In this document: in pieces, positions 38,715 to 48,425 of the stretch | Numbering within the stretch: position 1 is the first letter of the stretch | Layout of the letters: every line of letters starts with the position of its first letter | DNA from: an uncultured Candidatus Actinomarina sp. | GTDB lineage: Bacteria; Actinomycetota; Acidimicrobiia; Actinomarinales; Actinomarinaceae | Reading direction: 5' to 3' | Assembly: GCA_902596545.1 (NCBI GenBank) | Contig: CACJUH010000002.1 | Location: 91,881-155,880 of the forward strand | DNA: 64,000 nt | Made by a program: the position numbers and the translations under genes | The notes under the pieces: generated by a model | Told to the model about the DNA's origin: nothing | The model's database searches: none | The model's input: the letters and a program-made list of their open reading frames with translations, nothing else

Positions 38715-39934
38715 AATTTAATAGAAGAAAAACTCGGCAAATTCAAATAGGTAAAGTTGGTATTGGATCAGATTTCCCTGTATCTGTTCAATCTATGACT
38801 ACAACAAAAACCAAAGATGTAGAATCTACGCTTTCACAGATTTATGAACTAGCAGCTAATGGTGCAGATATAGTAAGAGTAACATGTAATGAAGTAGATG
38901 CTGCTACAGGGTTGGTTGAAATCACACAAAGAAGCCCAGTTCCAATAGTTGCTGATGTACACTTTCAATACAAACTCGCACTTGCAGCTATTGATGCTGG
39001 TGTCAATGGCTTAAGACTTAACCCAGGAAATATTAGAAAAGAACAACAGATTAAAGAAGTAGCCAAGGAAGCTTTGTCAGCTAACATACCAATAAGGATT
39101 GGTGTTAATGGTGGTTCTCTTGACAAAGATTTGCTTGAGAAATATGGTGATGCTACACCTGAAGCTCTAGTTGAATCTGCATTAAAAGAATTAAAGTACT
39201 TAGAAGATGTTGGGTTCTATGATATAAAAATATCAGTAAAGCACTCAAATGTACCATTGATGATTGAGTCCTATCGTTTATTAGCTGAAAAAGTTGATTA
39301 TCCTCTACATCTTGGTGTTACAGAAGCTGGACCGCTACCTGGCGGATTAATAAAATCAACTGCAGGAATTGGAACATTATTAAGTGAAGGTATCGGTGAT
39401 ACGATTCGTTATTCCTTGACGACTGATCCAGTTGAAGAAGCAAAAAGTGGCCGAGCATTATTAGAGTATCTTGGCCTAAGGGAAAGAAACTCATTAGATC
39501 TTATTGCATGTCCAAGTTGTGGTAGAGCAGAGGTTGATGTAATTAAAGTTGCTGAAGAGGCTCAAAATGTTCTAGATAATGAAAACATTCCATTACAAGT
39601 TGCTGTTATGGGTTGTGTTGTAAATGGTCCTGGTGAAGCTAGATCTGCAGATTTAGGTATTGCAGCTGGCAAAAATAAAGGGCACTTATTTATAAAAGGT
39701 GAAGTTGTAAGAGTTGTTAATGAAAAAGAAATGGTCGATGCTCTTCTAAAAGAAGCCAGGTTAATAGTTGAAGAGGGTATAGAAGCTAGGCTTGCAGCTG
39801 CAGATAAAAATGCACCTGAAATAGCCCAAAAAGATGTAAATGAGCTTATAAATTCTCAAGGAGATATAAACAACTTCTTGGAAAGAAAAAAATCAGTTGT
39901 CGAGATATCTTCAAATACTGATATTGAAAATTAA
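38711..39934 (+). CDS. ispG: HMBPP synthase
   Basis: VQSMTTT, ADVHF, RLNPGN, LHLGVTEAG, CPSCGR, MGCVVNGPGE. Confidence 0.97.
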   Translation: MKFNRRKTRQIQIGKVGIGSDFPVSVQSMTTTKTKDVESTLSQIYELAANGADIVRVTCNEVDAATGLVEITQRSPVPIVADVHFQYKLALAAIDAGVNGLRLNPGNIRKEQQIKEVAKEALSANIPIRIGVNGGSLDKDLLEKYGDATPEALVESALKELKYLEDVGFYDIKISVKHSNVPLMIESYRLLAEKVDYPLHLGVTEAGPLPGGLIKSTAGIGTLLSEGIGDTIRYSLTTDPVEEAKSGRALLEYLGLRERNSLDLIACPSCGRAEVDVIKVAEEAQNVLDNENIPLQVAVMGCVVNGPGEARSADLGIAAGKNKGHLFIKGEVVRVVNEKEMVDALLKEARLIVEEGIEARLAAADKNAPEIAQKDVNELINSQGDINNFLERKKSVVEISSNTDIEN

Positions 39935-39952
39935 AACCTTTAATATATAGTC

Positions 39953-41383
39953 ATGGTTGAAAAAATAACACCTATGTCGAAAGACTTCAACGAGTGGTAC
40001 ACTGACATAATTCAACAAGCACAATTAGCTGACTATTCTCCTGTAAAAGGAACGATGGTAATAAGACCATATGGTTACTCTCTTTGGGAAGGAGTTCAAG
40101 CCTACCTAGATAAAAAATTTAAAGAAACAGGTCATGAAAATGCATATTTCCCACTTTTTATTCCCAATTCCTTTATTCAAAAAGAGGCAGAGCATGTTGA
40201 AGGTTTTTCTCCTGAATTAGCTACGGTCACACATGCTGGCGGAAAAGAGCTTGAAGAACCTTTAGTCGTAAGACCAACATCTGAGACAATTATTAATCAT
40301 ATGTTTGCAAAATGGATTAAAAGCCATAGAGATTTACCAATGTTAATTAACCAGTGGGCAAATGTTGTTAGATGGGAAATGAGAACGCGATTATTCCTAA
40401 GAACTTCAGAGTTTCTCTGGCAAGAAGGTCATACTGCACACAAAACTCAAGAAGAAGCAACAAGTGAAGCTTTGCAAATGTTAGACATATATGCTGAATT
40501 TGCAGAAAATGCAGCCGGCGTTTCTGTTGTTAAAGGTATCAAGTCTGCTAATGAAAGATTTGCTGGTGCTACTACTACTTATTCGATCGAAGCAATGATG
40601 AAAGATAAGAAAGCATTGCAAGCAGGTACATCACATGAGTTAGGACAGAATTTTTCAAAGGCTTTTGAAATTCAATATTCTGATGAAAACAATGAGTTAC
40701 AACATCCATTTCAAACTAGCTGGGGTGTTAGTACTCGTTTAATAGGTATGATTATTATGGCTCATGGTGATGATAAAGGATTACAACTCCCACCCAAATT
40801 AGCACCTACTCAATCAGTCCTTATTCCAATAATTCCTAATGAGGATAGTAAATCAGTTGTATTAGAAACTGTTAATAAATTACACGAAGAATTGCGTGAA
40901 AGTTATCGAATAAAAATTGATGATAGAGATAATATTTCACCAGGTTTTAAGTTCAATGAATGGGAATTAAAAGGAGTACCATTAAGAATTGAAATTGGGC
41001 CTAAAGATATAGAAAAAAATTCTGTAGTTTTCTCTAGAAGAGATGGTGTTGATGGCAAGAACTCCGTATCAATAAATGAAGTATCTCAGAAATTAAAAGA
41101 CAATTTAGACGACATCCAATCTAACTTACTAGAGACCTCAAAGAATTTTAGAAAAGACAATACAATCCATGTAGACAGTAAAGCTGAACTAATTGATACT
41201 TTGAATTCAACTCCAGGTTTTGTTACATGTTATTGGGATGAAAATACTTCTGATGAGATTGAAATTAAAGATTTAACCAAAGCTACACTCAGATGCTATC
41301 TCTTGGATAATGAAGGTTCTGCCAAAGCTGTAAACAATGAGTCTGTTGAGGGTAAAAAGGCAATTTTTTCTAAAGCATATTAA
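39953..41383 (+). CDS. proS: proline--tRNA ligase (archaeal/eukaryal type)
   Basis: HVEGFSPE, RPTSET, NQWANVVRWE, EFLWQEGHTAH, QAGTSH.LGQNF, C-terminal KAY. Confidence 0.97.
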   Translation: MVEKITPMSKDFNEWYTDIIQQAQLADYSPVKGTMVIRPYGYSLWEGVQAYLDKKFKETGHENAYFPLFIPNSFIQKEAEHVEGFSPELATVTHAGGKELEEPLVVRPTSETIINHMFAKWIKSHRDLPMLINQWANVVRWEMRTRLFLRTSEFLWQEGHTAHKTQEEATSEALQMLDIYAEFAENAAGVSVVKGIKSANERFAGATTTYSIEAMMKDKKALQAGTSHELGQNFSKAFEIQYSDENNELQHPFQTSWGVSTRLIGMIIMAHGDDKGLQLPPKLAPTQSVLIPIIPNEDSKSVVLETVNKLHEELRESYRIKIDDRDNISPGFKFNEWELKGVPLRIEIGPKDIEKNSVVFSRRDGVDGKNSVSINEVSQKLKDNLDDIQSNLLETSKNFRKDNTIHVDSKAELIDTLNSTPGFVTCYWDENTSDEIEIKDLTKATLRCYLLDNEGSAKAVNNESVEGKKAIFSKAY

Positions 41384-41410
41384 AAAAGGCTTTAAATAAA
41401 CTCCAATGTT

Positions 41411-41470
41411 TGTTACAATTACTTAGAGACAATTTAACTATGTATAGTGGGTTTCAAGCCCGCTTTTTTT
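41411..41470 (+). promoter_or_regulatory. extended -10 promoter plus rimP-leader attenuator-like hairpin
   Basis: TGtTACAAT at 41411-41419. Stem AGTGGGTT-TCA-AGCCCGCT (41446-41464) followed by a T-run upstream of rimP-nusA-infB. Confidence 0.6.
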
Positions 41471-41486
41471 ATGAATGGAGGTTTAT

Positions 41487-41960
41487 ATGGTTTCTGAAAA
41501 AGAAATCTTAGAGGCTTTCGATTTATATCTAAGTGAAGAAAATCTTGAACTTTATGACCTAAATATTGTAGATTATCCTTCTATTTCAAGAGTTGAAGTT
41601 TATATAGTTAGTGATAATGAAATTGACATTGATTTAACTTCAAGATTAAATAAACAATTTCAAAGACTTCTCGAAAATATGGGTATTGAAAAAGGTTCAT
41701 ATGAAATGATTGTTTCAAGTCCAGGGATTGAAAGAAAACTAAAAACAAACAGGCATTTTGAATTAGCTCTGGGTGAATTAGTAAAAATTAAATTATTTGA
41801 ACCTATAGAAGATGAATATGTATTAGAAGGTTATATAGAATCGTCTAACGAACAAGACATCAAATTAATTGTTAACTCAGTAGGGGTAGTAATCAATTTT
41901 TCTAATATTAAAAGTGCAAAAATTGAATTTAAGCAATTTAAAGAAAAAGTAAAAGGATAA
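41487..41960 (+). CDS. rimP: ribosome maturation factor RimP
   Basis: YEMIVSSPGIERKL...HF; GGAGG precedes ATG 41487; upstream of nusA. Confidence 0.9.
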   Translation: MVSEKEILEAFDLYLSEENLELYDLNIVDYPSISRVEVYIVSDNEIDIDLTSRLNKQFQRLLENMGIEKGSYEMIVSSPGIERKLKTNRHFELALGELVKIKLFEPIEDEYVLEGYIESSNEQDIKLIVNSVGVVINFSNIKSAKIEFKQFKEKVKG

Positions 41961-41962
41961 AA

Positions 41963-42994
41963 ATGAAATTAGGTAATGAGAGCAAACAAGCAATAGAGGC
42001 ATTAGCACTAGAAAAAGGTGTAGCTGTTGAAAGCATGTATGAAGCATTAGTTTCAGCATTTAGGTCAGCTTATATGAGAATACCTGGAGCTGCTGAAGAA
42101 GCTCGAGTTACATTAAATCCAGATTCAGGAGAAGTTCTTATTTATGCACAAGAATTAGACAATGAAGGAAATGTCATTGAAGAGTGGAAAGTTGAGTTAG
42201 ATGAAGACGAGTTTGGGAGAATTGCCGCACAATCCTTTAAGCAAATGATGACAACAAAAATTAGAGATGCAAAACGAGCTACAGTCCTTGATGCTTATAT
42301 TGGAAGAGAAGGAGAACTTGTCACTGGTATAGTAACTCAATTTGATCCAAGATTTAATCAGACAATACTCGATCTTCAAGATGCTGAAGCAGTAATACCT
42401 GCTGGTGAAAGGGTGCCCTTCGAGAGACTTGAAAGAGGCAATAGGGTCAAAGCACTGATTACAGAGGTAAGAGAAGATGCCAAAGGAGTACCTATCATTG
42501 TTAGTAGGAGTAGAGCAGAATTTGTACAAAGAATGCTTGAACTGGAAGTTCCTGAATTGACAGATGGAACAGTTGAATTAAGAGCAATTGCTAGAGAACC
42601 AGGTAGTCGAACAAAAATTGCTGTATTTTCTAATGATCCAAATGTTGATCCTAAAGGAGCTTGTGTGGGATCAAGAGGTAATAGAGTTAGACAAATTGTA
42701 AACGAGTTAAGAGGAGAGAAACTTGATGTTGTTGAATGGAGAGAAGATAAAGTTCGATTTATAAAGGAAGCATTAGGTCCAGCAGATATTGATGAAGTTG
42801 AAATTGATGAAGATTTAAAGTCAGCGAGAGTTGTTGTCAAAGACAGCCAACTTTCACTTGCTATTGGTAAAGAAGGCCAGAATGCAAGATTAGCTGCAAA
42901 ATTAACGGGTTATAAAATTGACATAGAAGGCTTAGGAGATTCACCCCAAGAAGACATAGAGGAAACAGAAGAAGCTAAAAACGAGGAAGAGTAA
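41963..42994 (+). CDS. nusA: transcription termination factor NusA
   Basis: FGRIAAQ, VSRS, AREPGSRTKIAV, GACVGSRG, LSLAIGKEGQNARLA. Confidence 0.97.
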   Translation: MKLGNESKQAIEALALEKGVAVESMYEALVSAFRSAYMRIPGAAEEARVTLNPDSGEVLIYAQELDNEGNVIEEWKVELDEDEFGRIAAQSFKQMMTTKIRDAKRATVLDAYIGREGELVTGIVTQFDPRFNQTILDLQDAEAVIPAGERVPFERLERGNRVKALITEVREDAKGVPIIVSRSRAEFVQRMLELEVPELTDGTVELRAIAREPGSRTKIAVFSNDPNVDPKGACVGSRGNRVRQIVNELRGEKLDVVEWREDKVRFIKEALGPADIDEVEIDEDLKSARVVVKDSQLSLAIGKEGQNARLAAKLTGYKIDIEGLGDSPQEDIEETEEAKNEEE

Positions 42995-45004
42995 ATGGCA
43001 AAAAAGCGAATTCATCAAATCGCCAAGGAGTTGGATATTGCTTCAGCAGATGTACTTTTTCATGCAAAAGAGTTAGGTTTTGAGGTTAAAACAGCATCAT
43101 CTGGTTTAACTGAGGAAGAAGAGGAACTACTTAAGTTAGCTTTATTACCAGAAGATGAACCTGAGTCTGAGTCTGAAGTTGTCCAAGAACAAGAAGAGAC
43201 AATTCAGGATGCGCCAAAAACAGAAGTTGAAGAAGTTCCTGAAGATGATGTTCAAATTATAGAGATTTCTAGGAATTCATCCCCAGAAAAAATTAGTTCT
43301 CTTATAGATGTTGATGCTACACAAATTGTCGGTGATTTGATGGGATTGGGAATTATGAAAGCTATTGATACACCATTAGAAGATAGCGATATAGAAAAGC
43401 TTTTTGAAAAATACAATCTTATTCCTGATTTAATAGATGAAATAACAATTTCAAGAGAAGATATTATTGAATTTCAAGAATTTGAAGACGATCCAGATAA
43501 ATTAAATTTAAGAGCGCCAATAATTACTGTTATGGGTCATGTTGACCATGGAAAAACTAGCTTATTGGATTATATAAGAAATGAAAAAGTTGCAGACGGT
43601 GAAGCAGGAGGTATTACACAGCACGTAGGTGCTTACAAAGTAGACGTAGGAGAATCAGGAATAACTTTTATTGATACACCTGGTCACGAAGCATTTACAC
43701 AAATGAGAGCTAGAGGAGCAAACGTTACGGATATAGTTGTCTTGGTTGTTGCTGCAGATGATGGAGTAATGCCACAAACAATTGAAGCAATTAACCACTC
43801 AAAAGCTGCAAACGTACCAATAGTTGTTGCCATAAATAAGTGTGACCTACCTGAGGCCAATCCGTCAATGATTAAAGCTGAGCTTACAAAATATGAAGTA
43901 ATTTCTGAAGATTTAGGTGGAGACATACCAGTAGTTGAAGTATCTGCACTTAAAGGTGATGGAGTTGATGATTTGCTTGAAACACTTGCACTTGTAGCAG
44001 AAATAGAAGAACTAAAAGCAAATTTTAATACAAATGCTTCTGGATATATTGTTGAATCACGAATGGAAGTTGGTAGAGGAAATGTAGCCACAGTCATAGT
44101 CACAAGAGGCACTCTAAAACAGGGTGATTTTCTTTATGCTGGACAAGCATTCTGCAGAGTGAAATCAATGTTTGATCACAATAATAAAACAGTAAAGTCT
44201 ATAGAGCCGGGATCTCCAATAGATATTATAGGATGGGATGAATCACCAACTGCTGGTGACCAATTTGTTGCTGTTAAAAATCAAAAAGATGCCAAGGCAA
44301 AAGCTGAAGAAAACAAAACTAAATTAAAAGAACATGACAACTCATCATTTTCAGTTGAGACTCGAGTTAGCGATATGATGAAGCTCTTGCAGGAAGGCGA
44401 GTTAAATACAGTAAATGTAATATTAAAAGCTGACACTAATGGTTCAGTTGAAGCTATTAAAGATGGTATAAACAAGTTAGCAACTGATGATGTAAACATC
44501 CAAGTTGTTCATTCAGCTGTAGGGGGAATTGTTTTATCCGACGTAGATTTAGCTAGTGCTACAGAGTCTTTAATTATTGGTTTTAATGTAAGACCTGATA
44601 GTCAGGCCAGGAATATGGCTCAAAGTAAGGGAATAGACGTAAGAACGTACAATATCATTTATGAATTGTTAGATGATATCGCTGAAGCAGTACTTGGCCA
44701 AATGACTATTAAAACTGAAGAAGCAATTATTGGAATGGTTGATGTTAAAACTACTTTCCGTGCTCCGAAAGTTGGCGTGGTTGCCGGTTCAATAGTTTCT
44801 GAAGGCAAAGTAGAACTTGATGCAAAAGCACGCTTGCTTAGAGATGGTGTTGTTATATATGAAGGAACCATAGTCTCACTTAGAAGGTTTAAAGACAATG
44901 TTGAAGTTGTCAACGAAGGTCTTGAATGTGGTATTGGTTTATCTGATTATAAAGATATAAAAGAAGGCGATACAATTGAGATACTTGGAGAAGTAGAAGT
45001 CTAG
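42995..45004 (+). CDS. infB: translation initiation factor IF-2
   Basis: MGHVDHGKT, GGITQH, DTPGHEAF, NKCD, SLRRFKD, ECGI. Confidence 0.98.
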   Translation: MAKKRIHQIAKELDIASADVLFHAKELGFEVKTASSGLTEEEEELLKLALLPEDEPESESEVVQEQEETIQDAPKTEVEEVPEDDVQIIEISRNSSPEKISSLIDVDATQIVGDLMGLGIMKAIDTPLEDSDIEKLFEKYNLIPDLIDEITISREDIIEFQEFEDDPDKLNLRAPIITVMGHVDHGKTSLLDYIRNEKVADGEAGGITQHVGAYKVDVGESGITFIDTPGHEAFTQMRARGANVTDIVVLVVAADDGVMPQTIEAINHSKAANVPIVVAINKCDLPEANPSMIKAELTKYEVISEDLGGDIPVVEVSALKGDGVDDLLETLALVAEIEELKANFNTNASGYIVESRMEVGRGNVATVIVTRGTLKQGDFLYAGQAFCRVKSMFDHNNKTVKSIEPGSPIDIIGWDESPTAGDQFVAVKNQKDAKAKAEENKTKLKEHDNSSFSVETRVSDMMKLLQEGELNTVNVILKADTNGSVEAIKDGINKLATDDVNIQVVHSAVGGIVLSDVDLASATESLIIGFNVRPDSQARNMAQSKGIDVRTYNIIYELLDDIAEAVLGQMTIKTEEAIIGMVDVKTTFRAPKVGVVAGSIVSEGKVELDAKARLLRDGVVIYEGTIVSLRRFKDNVEVVNEGLECGIGLSDYKDIKEGDTIEILGEVEV

Positions 45005-45013
45005 AAGCAAACA

Positions 45014-45364
45014 ATGAGTAATCAAACACGTGGTGGAAGAATAAACAGAATCAATCCTCTCATTCAAAAAATCATCTCAAGTGCACTCTTAAGAAGTTCT
45101 GATCCAATACTTAATAAAGCAACAATCACACATGTTTCAACATCTCCAGATCTTAAGAAATCAATGGTTTTTGTTTCTACATTAGATGGAAATGAAGGAT
45201 CATTAAAAAATTCACTCGAAAAAAATAGAATAAAGATTCAGAAAGTATTGGGAAGAGAAATGACAACAAGAAATGTTCCTAAAATTATTTTTGAAGTAGA
45301 TAATACATTTAATAATGTACAAAGAATAAACGAACTAATTGATAGGACTAAAGATAATGAGTAA
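45014..45364 (+). CDS. rbfA: ribosome-binding factor A
   Basis: DP....TITHV.TSPDL, R.VPKIIFE.D; follows infB. Confidence 0.85.
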   Translation: MSNQTRGGRINRINPLIQKIISSALLRSSDPILNKATITHVSTSPDLKKSMVFVSTLDGNEGSLKNSLEKNRIKIQKVLGREMTTRNVPKIIFEVDNTFNNVQRINELIDRTKDNE

Positions 45365-46298
45365 TCTTTTTAAAGATTTAAAAAATTCTTCTAATTTAAT
45401 TACAGGTCACATCAATCCTGATGGTGATGCTTTAGGTTCTGCTTTAGCATTCAAATTGATACTTGATAGTAAGGGGGTAGAATCAGACGTTTCTTTTGAT
45501 ATGAAAGGTAATGTGCCTTCTAATTTAAATCATTTACCTATTGATTTAATTCTTGATAGTCCAAAAAAAAATTATGAAAACGTTTATGTTTTTGATTGTG
45601 GAAATTCTGAAAGGCTTGGGGATTTAGAAGAGATAGCATTAAATTCTACGAGAGTCATTGTAGTAGATCATCACATCAATCCATCTTTTGGTGATATTCA
45701 AGTCATTGACTCTAATGCTGCTAGCACTACACAAGTACTTTTCAGAGAAATTCTGTCTGCAAAGATAGCTATTGATAAGAATATAGCTAACTGTCTTATG
45801 ACTGGATTAATTACAGATACAGGTAGATTTCAATATTCAAATACAGACAATGAAGTATTTGAAATTGCCTCAAAACTAATGTTAAGTGGTGCTGAACTTA
45901 CCAGTATTAGTGATAATATTTACGGGTCTATTCCATTGAATGCAATAAAGCTACAAAGTGAAGTGTTAAACAGGATTGAATTATATGAAGATGAAGAATT
46001 GGTTGTATCGTACGTTTTACAAGAAGATTATCAAAATTACAATATTGATTCCTCTGAAACAGACTTTTTAATTGACTCTATTAGATTGGTAAAAGAATCA
46101 AATATAGCTTTATTACTAAAAGAACAACAAGATAAATCATTTAAAGGGAGTTTAAGGTCTCGCAATGAATTAGATGTTCAGCAGATCGCTTCTTTATTTG
46201 GTGGTGGAGGACACAAAGCAGCTTCTGGATTTTCTACAAATTTAAGTATGGAAGAAATAAAAAATAAAGTAAAGAATGCAATTAATTCACAAATCTAA
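45357..46298 (+). CDS. nrnA: DHH-family oligoribonuclease/PAP phosphatase
   Basis: HINPDGDALGS, DHH, TDTGRF, SLRS, GGGGHKAASG. Start placed at ATG 45357. Confidence 0.88.
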   Translation: MSNLFKDLKNSSNLITGHINPDGDALGSALAFKLILDSKGVESDVSFDMKGNVPSNLNHLPIDLILDSPKKNYENVYVFDCGNSERLGDLEEIALNSTRVIVVDHHINPSFGDIQVIDSNAASTTQVLFREILSAKIAIDKNIANCLMTGLITDTGRFQYSNTDNEVFEIASKLMLSGAELTSISDNIYGSIPLNAIKLQSEVLNRIELYEDEELVVSYVLQEDYQNYNIDSSETDFLIDSIRLVKESNIALLLKEQQDKSFKGSLRSRNELDVQQIASLFGGGGHKAASGFSTNLSMEEIKNKVKNAINSQI

Positions 46299-47157
46299 CT
46301 TTTATTTACTAGTCAAACCAAAAACATGGACCTCTCAGGATCTGTGTACCAAATTAAAAAAAAATTTTAAATTTAAAAAAGTAGGCCATTCAGGCACCTT
46401 AGATCCAAACGCTGACGGTTTAATGCTTCTTGCTACCAATGGTTATACAAAATTATTTGATTACATAAGCAATACAAATAAAACATATAAAGTAATTGCA
46501 ATGTTGGGCTACTCTTCTCCAACTCTTGACGTAGACTCAGAAATTACAAAACATGATGATATAAATGCACACCAGCTACAGACTCAAATACAAGAATTTC
46601 TTACCAATTTGGTTGGTGAGTCTACCCAGACTCCACCAATTTATTCAGCAATAAAAGTAAAAGGGAAACGATTATACAAATATGCACGTCAAAATCAAGA
46701 TGTAGAAATCCCTGATAGAACAATATTTGTTGAAAGTACTGAATTGTTAGAAGTAAATGAAAATAAAGTTACTTTTGAGATAACAGTAAGTAAGGGAACA
46801 TATATCAGAAGTATTGTTCAACAATTAGGTGAATACGTAAATACTCATGCAATAGTAGAAACTCTCACAAGAACAGCTATTGGCAGTTTAAATATTAATC
46901 ATAAAAGTCTAAATACAAATGTTGAATCATTAAATCATAATTCAACAATAATGTCATTAGATTGGGCAGAGGTTATAAATTTACCCAAAATTGATCTAGA
47001 TGTTGAAATGATTGAAACAATAAGGAATGGTCAACTTCTACCTAGAAATATGTTTTCAAATGAAGAAAATTATATAATATCTATCGAGAACAATATTGTG
47101 GCAATTTATAAACCTTTTAATGAGAAATATTACAAACCAGATAAAGTACTCGTATGA
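46276..47157 (+). CDS. truB: tRNA pseudouridine(55) synthase
   Basis: KVGHSGTLDP, QTPPIYSAIKVKGKRLY, SKGTYIRS. Confidence 0.95.
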   Translation: MQLIHKSNFYLLVKPKTWTSQDLCTKLKKNFKFKKVGHSGTLDPNADGLMLLATNGYTKLFDYISNTNKTYKVIAMLGYSSPTLDVDSEITKHDDINAHQLQTQIQEFLTNLVGESTQTPPIYSAIKVKGKRLYKYARQNQDVEIPDRTIFVESTELLEVNENKVTFEITVSKGTYIRSIVQQLGEYVNTHAIVETLTRTAIGSLNINHKSLNTNVESLNHNSTIMSLDWAEVINLPKIDLDVEMIETIRNGQLLPRNMFSNEENYIISIENNIVAIYKPFNEKYYKPDKVLV

Positions 47158-48047
47158 GAATATATGAAAATTTTACTTCCGACAATTATATTGATGATGA
47201 TATTCCAGCTGTGTGTATTGGTGGATTTGATGGGGTACATTTAGGTCATCAGGAATTATTAAAATATACAAAAGAATCAAGTAATTTATTTCAAATAGTT
47301 ACTTTTGATACACTTCCAAAAAAATACTTCAATAATGAACATATGTTACTTACAACCAATAATGAGAAGATTGAATTATTCAAAAAATTTGAACCTAGTA
47401 ATTTAGTTTTTATTAATTTTGAACATGTAATGAAGTTTTCACCTAAAACTTTTTGCGAGATGTTACAAAACAATATGAAAGCTAAAAATATTTATGTAGG
47501 TAATGATTTTAAATTTGGTGCAAACCGTGAGGGTGACGTAGATTACTTAATCAAATATTTTGGTGAAGATTCTGTACATACTATTGAAGATTATGAGCAC
47601 AACAATGAAAAAATATCTTCAACCTTAATTAAGTCATTTTTGAGTGAAGGTTTTGTTGAACAGGCTAATGAAGCTTTGGGTTATGAATATTCATTAAGCG
47701 GTACCGTTATCAAAGGCGATCAAAGAGGTTCTCAGATTGGATTTCCTACTGCAAATTTGAACATCGATAAGAATATTCAAATACCTAAAAATGGGGTATA
47801 CAAAGTAGACGTGCTCTTAAATGGCAATCTTTATCAAGGAATTATGAATATTGGATATAAACCTACTGTATCTGAAGGTGCCACGCAAAGTTTAGAAGTA
47901 CATATTTTTGATTTTAATGAAGATATTTACGGTGCTGATTTAACTGTACATTTTAAAAAATTTATAAGAGATGAAATAAAATTCTCAAGTATTGATGAAT
48001 TAACTCAACAAATATCAAAAGATATTGAAGATATTAATAAAAATTAA
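47154..48047 (+). CDS. ribF: bifunctional riboflavin kinase/FAD synthetase
   Basis: GGFDGVHLGHQ, ISST, GFPTAN, NIGYKPT, EVHIFDF. Confidence 0.96.
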   Translation: MRIYENFTSDNYIDDDIPAVCIGGFDGVHLGHQELLKYTKESSNLFQIVTFDTLPKKYFNNEHMLLTTNNEKIELFKKFEPSNLVFINFEHVMKFSPKTFCEMLQNNMKAKNIYVGNDFKFGANREGDVDYLIKYFGEDSVHTIEDYEHNNEKISSTLIKSFLSEGFVEQANEALGYEYSLSGTVIKGDQRGSQIGFPTANLNIDKNIQIPKNGVYKVDVLLNGNLYQGIMNIGYKPTVSEGATQSLEVHIFDFNEDIYGADLTVHFKKFIRDEIKFSSIDELTQQISKDIEDINKN

Positions 48048-48089
48048 ATAATCTCACATTAGATATAGCAGCTACTATTATTATCTCGA

Positions 48090-48347
48090 ATGAAAACAAA
48101 GCAAGAAATTATAAAAGAATACGGTAAATCCGATACAGATACTGGTTCTGCTGAAGTTCAGGTTGCTTTATTGAGTAATAGAATTGATCATTTAACAGAT
48201 CATTTGAAAACACATAAAAAAGACCACCACACAAGAAGAGGATTATTAATGCTTGTTGGTAAAAGAAAAAGACTTCTTCAATATTTACAAAACCAGGATG
48301 TTCAAAGATATCGTGATATTATAGAAAAACTTGGCTTAAGAAGATAA
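48090..48347 (+). CDS. rpsO: 30S ribosomal protein S15
   Basis: [24 protein letters not shown]. Confidence 0.98.
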   Translation: MKTKQEIIKEYGKSDTDTGSAEVQVALLSNRIDHLTDHLKTHKKDHHTRRGLLMLVGKRKRLLQYLQNQDVQRYRDIIEKLGLRR

Positions 48348-48353
48348 AAAATA

Positions 48354-48411
48354 GACCTTGCGTTGTTAATTGAGAGCTTTTATTGAAAGCTGACAATTAA
48401 TAACCTTGGTC
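48354..48411 (+). promoter_or_regulatory. long bulged hairpin in the rpsO-pnp spacer (RNase III processing-stem candidate)
   Basis: GACC..TTGTTAATTG..AGCTTT-loop-AAAGCT..CAATTAATAA..GGTC nested pairing. Confidence 0.6.
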
Positions 48412-48425
48412 AAGAAAGAGGTTAT

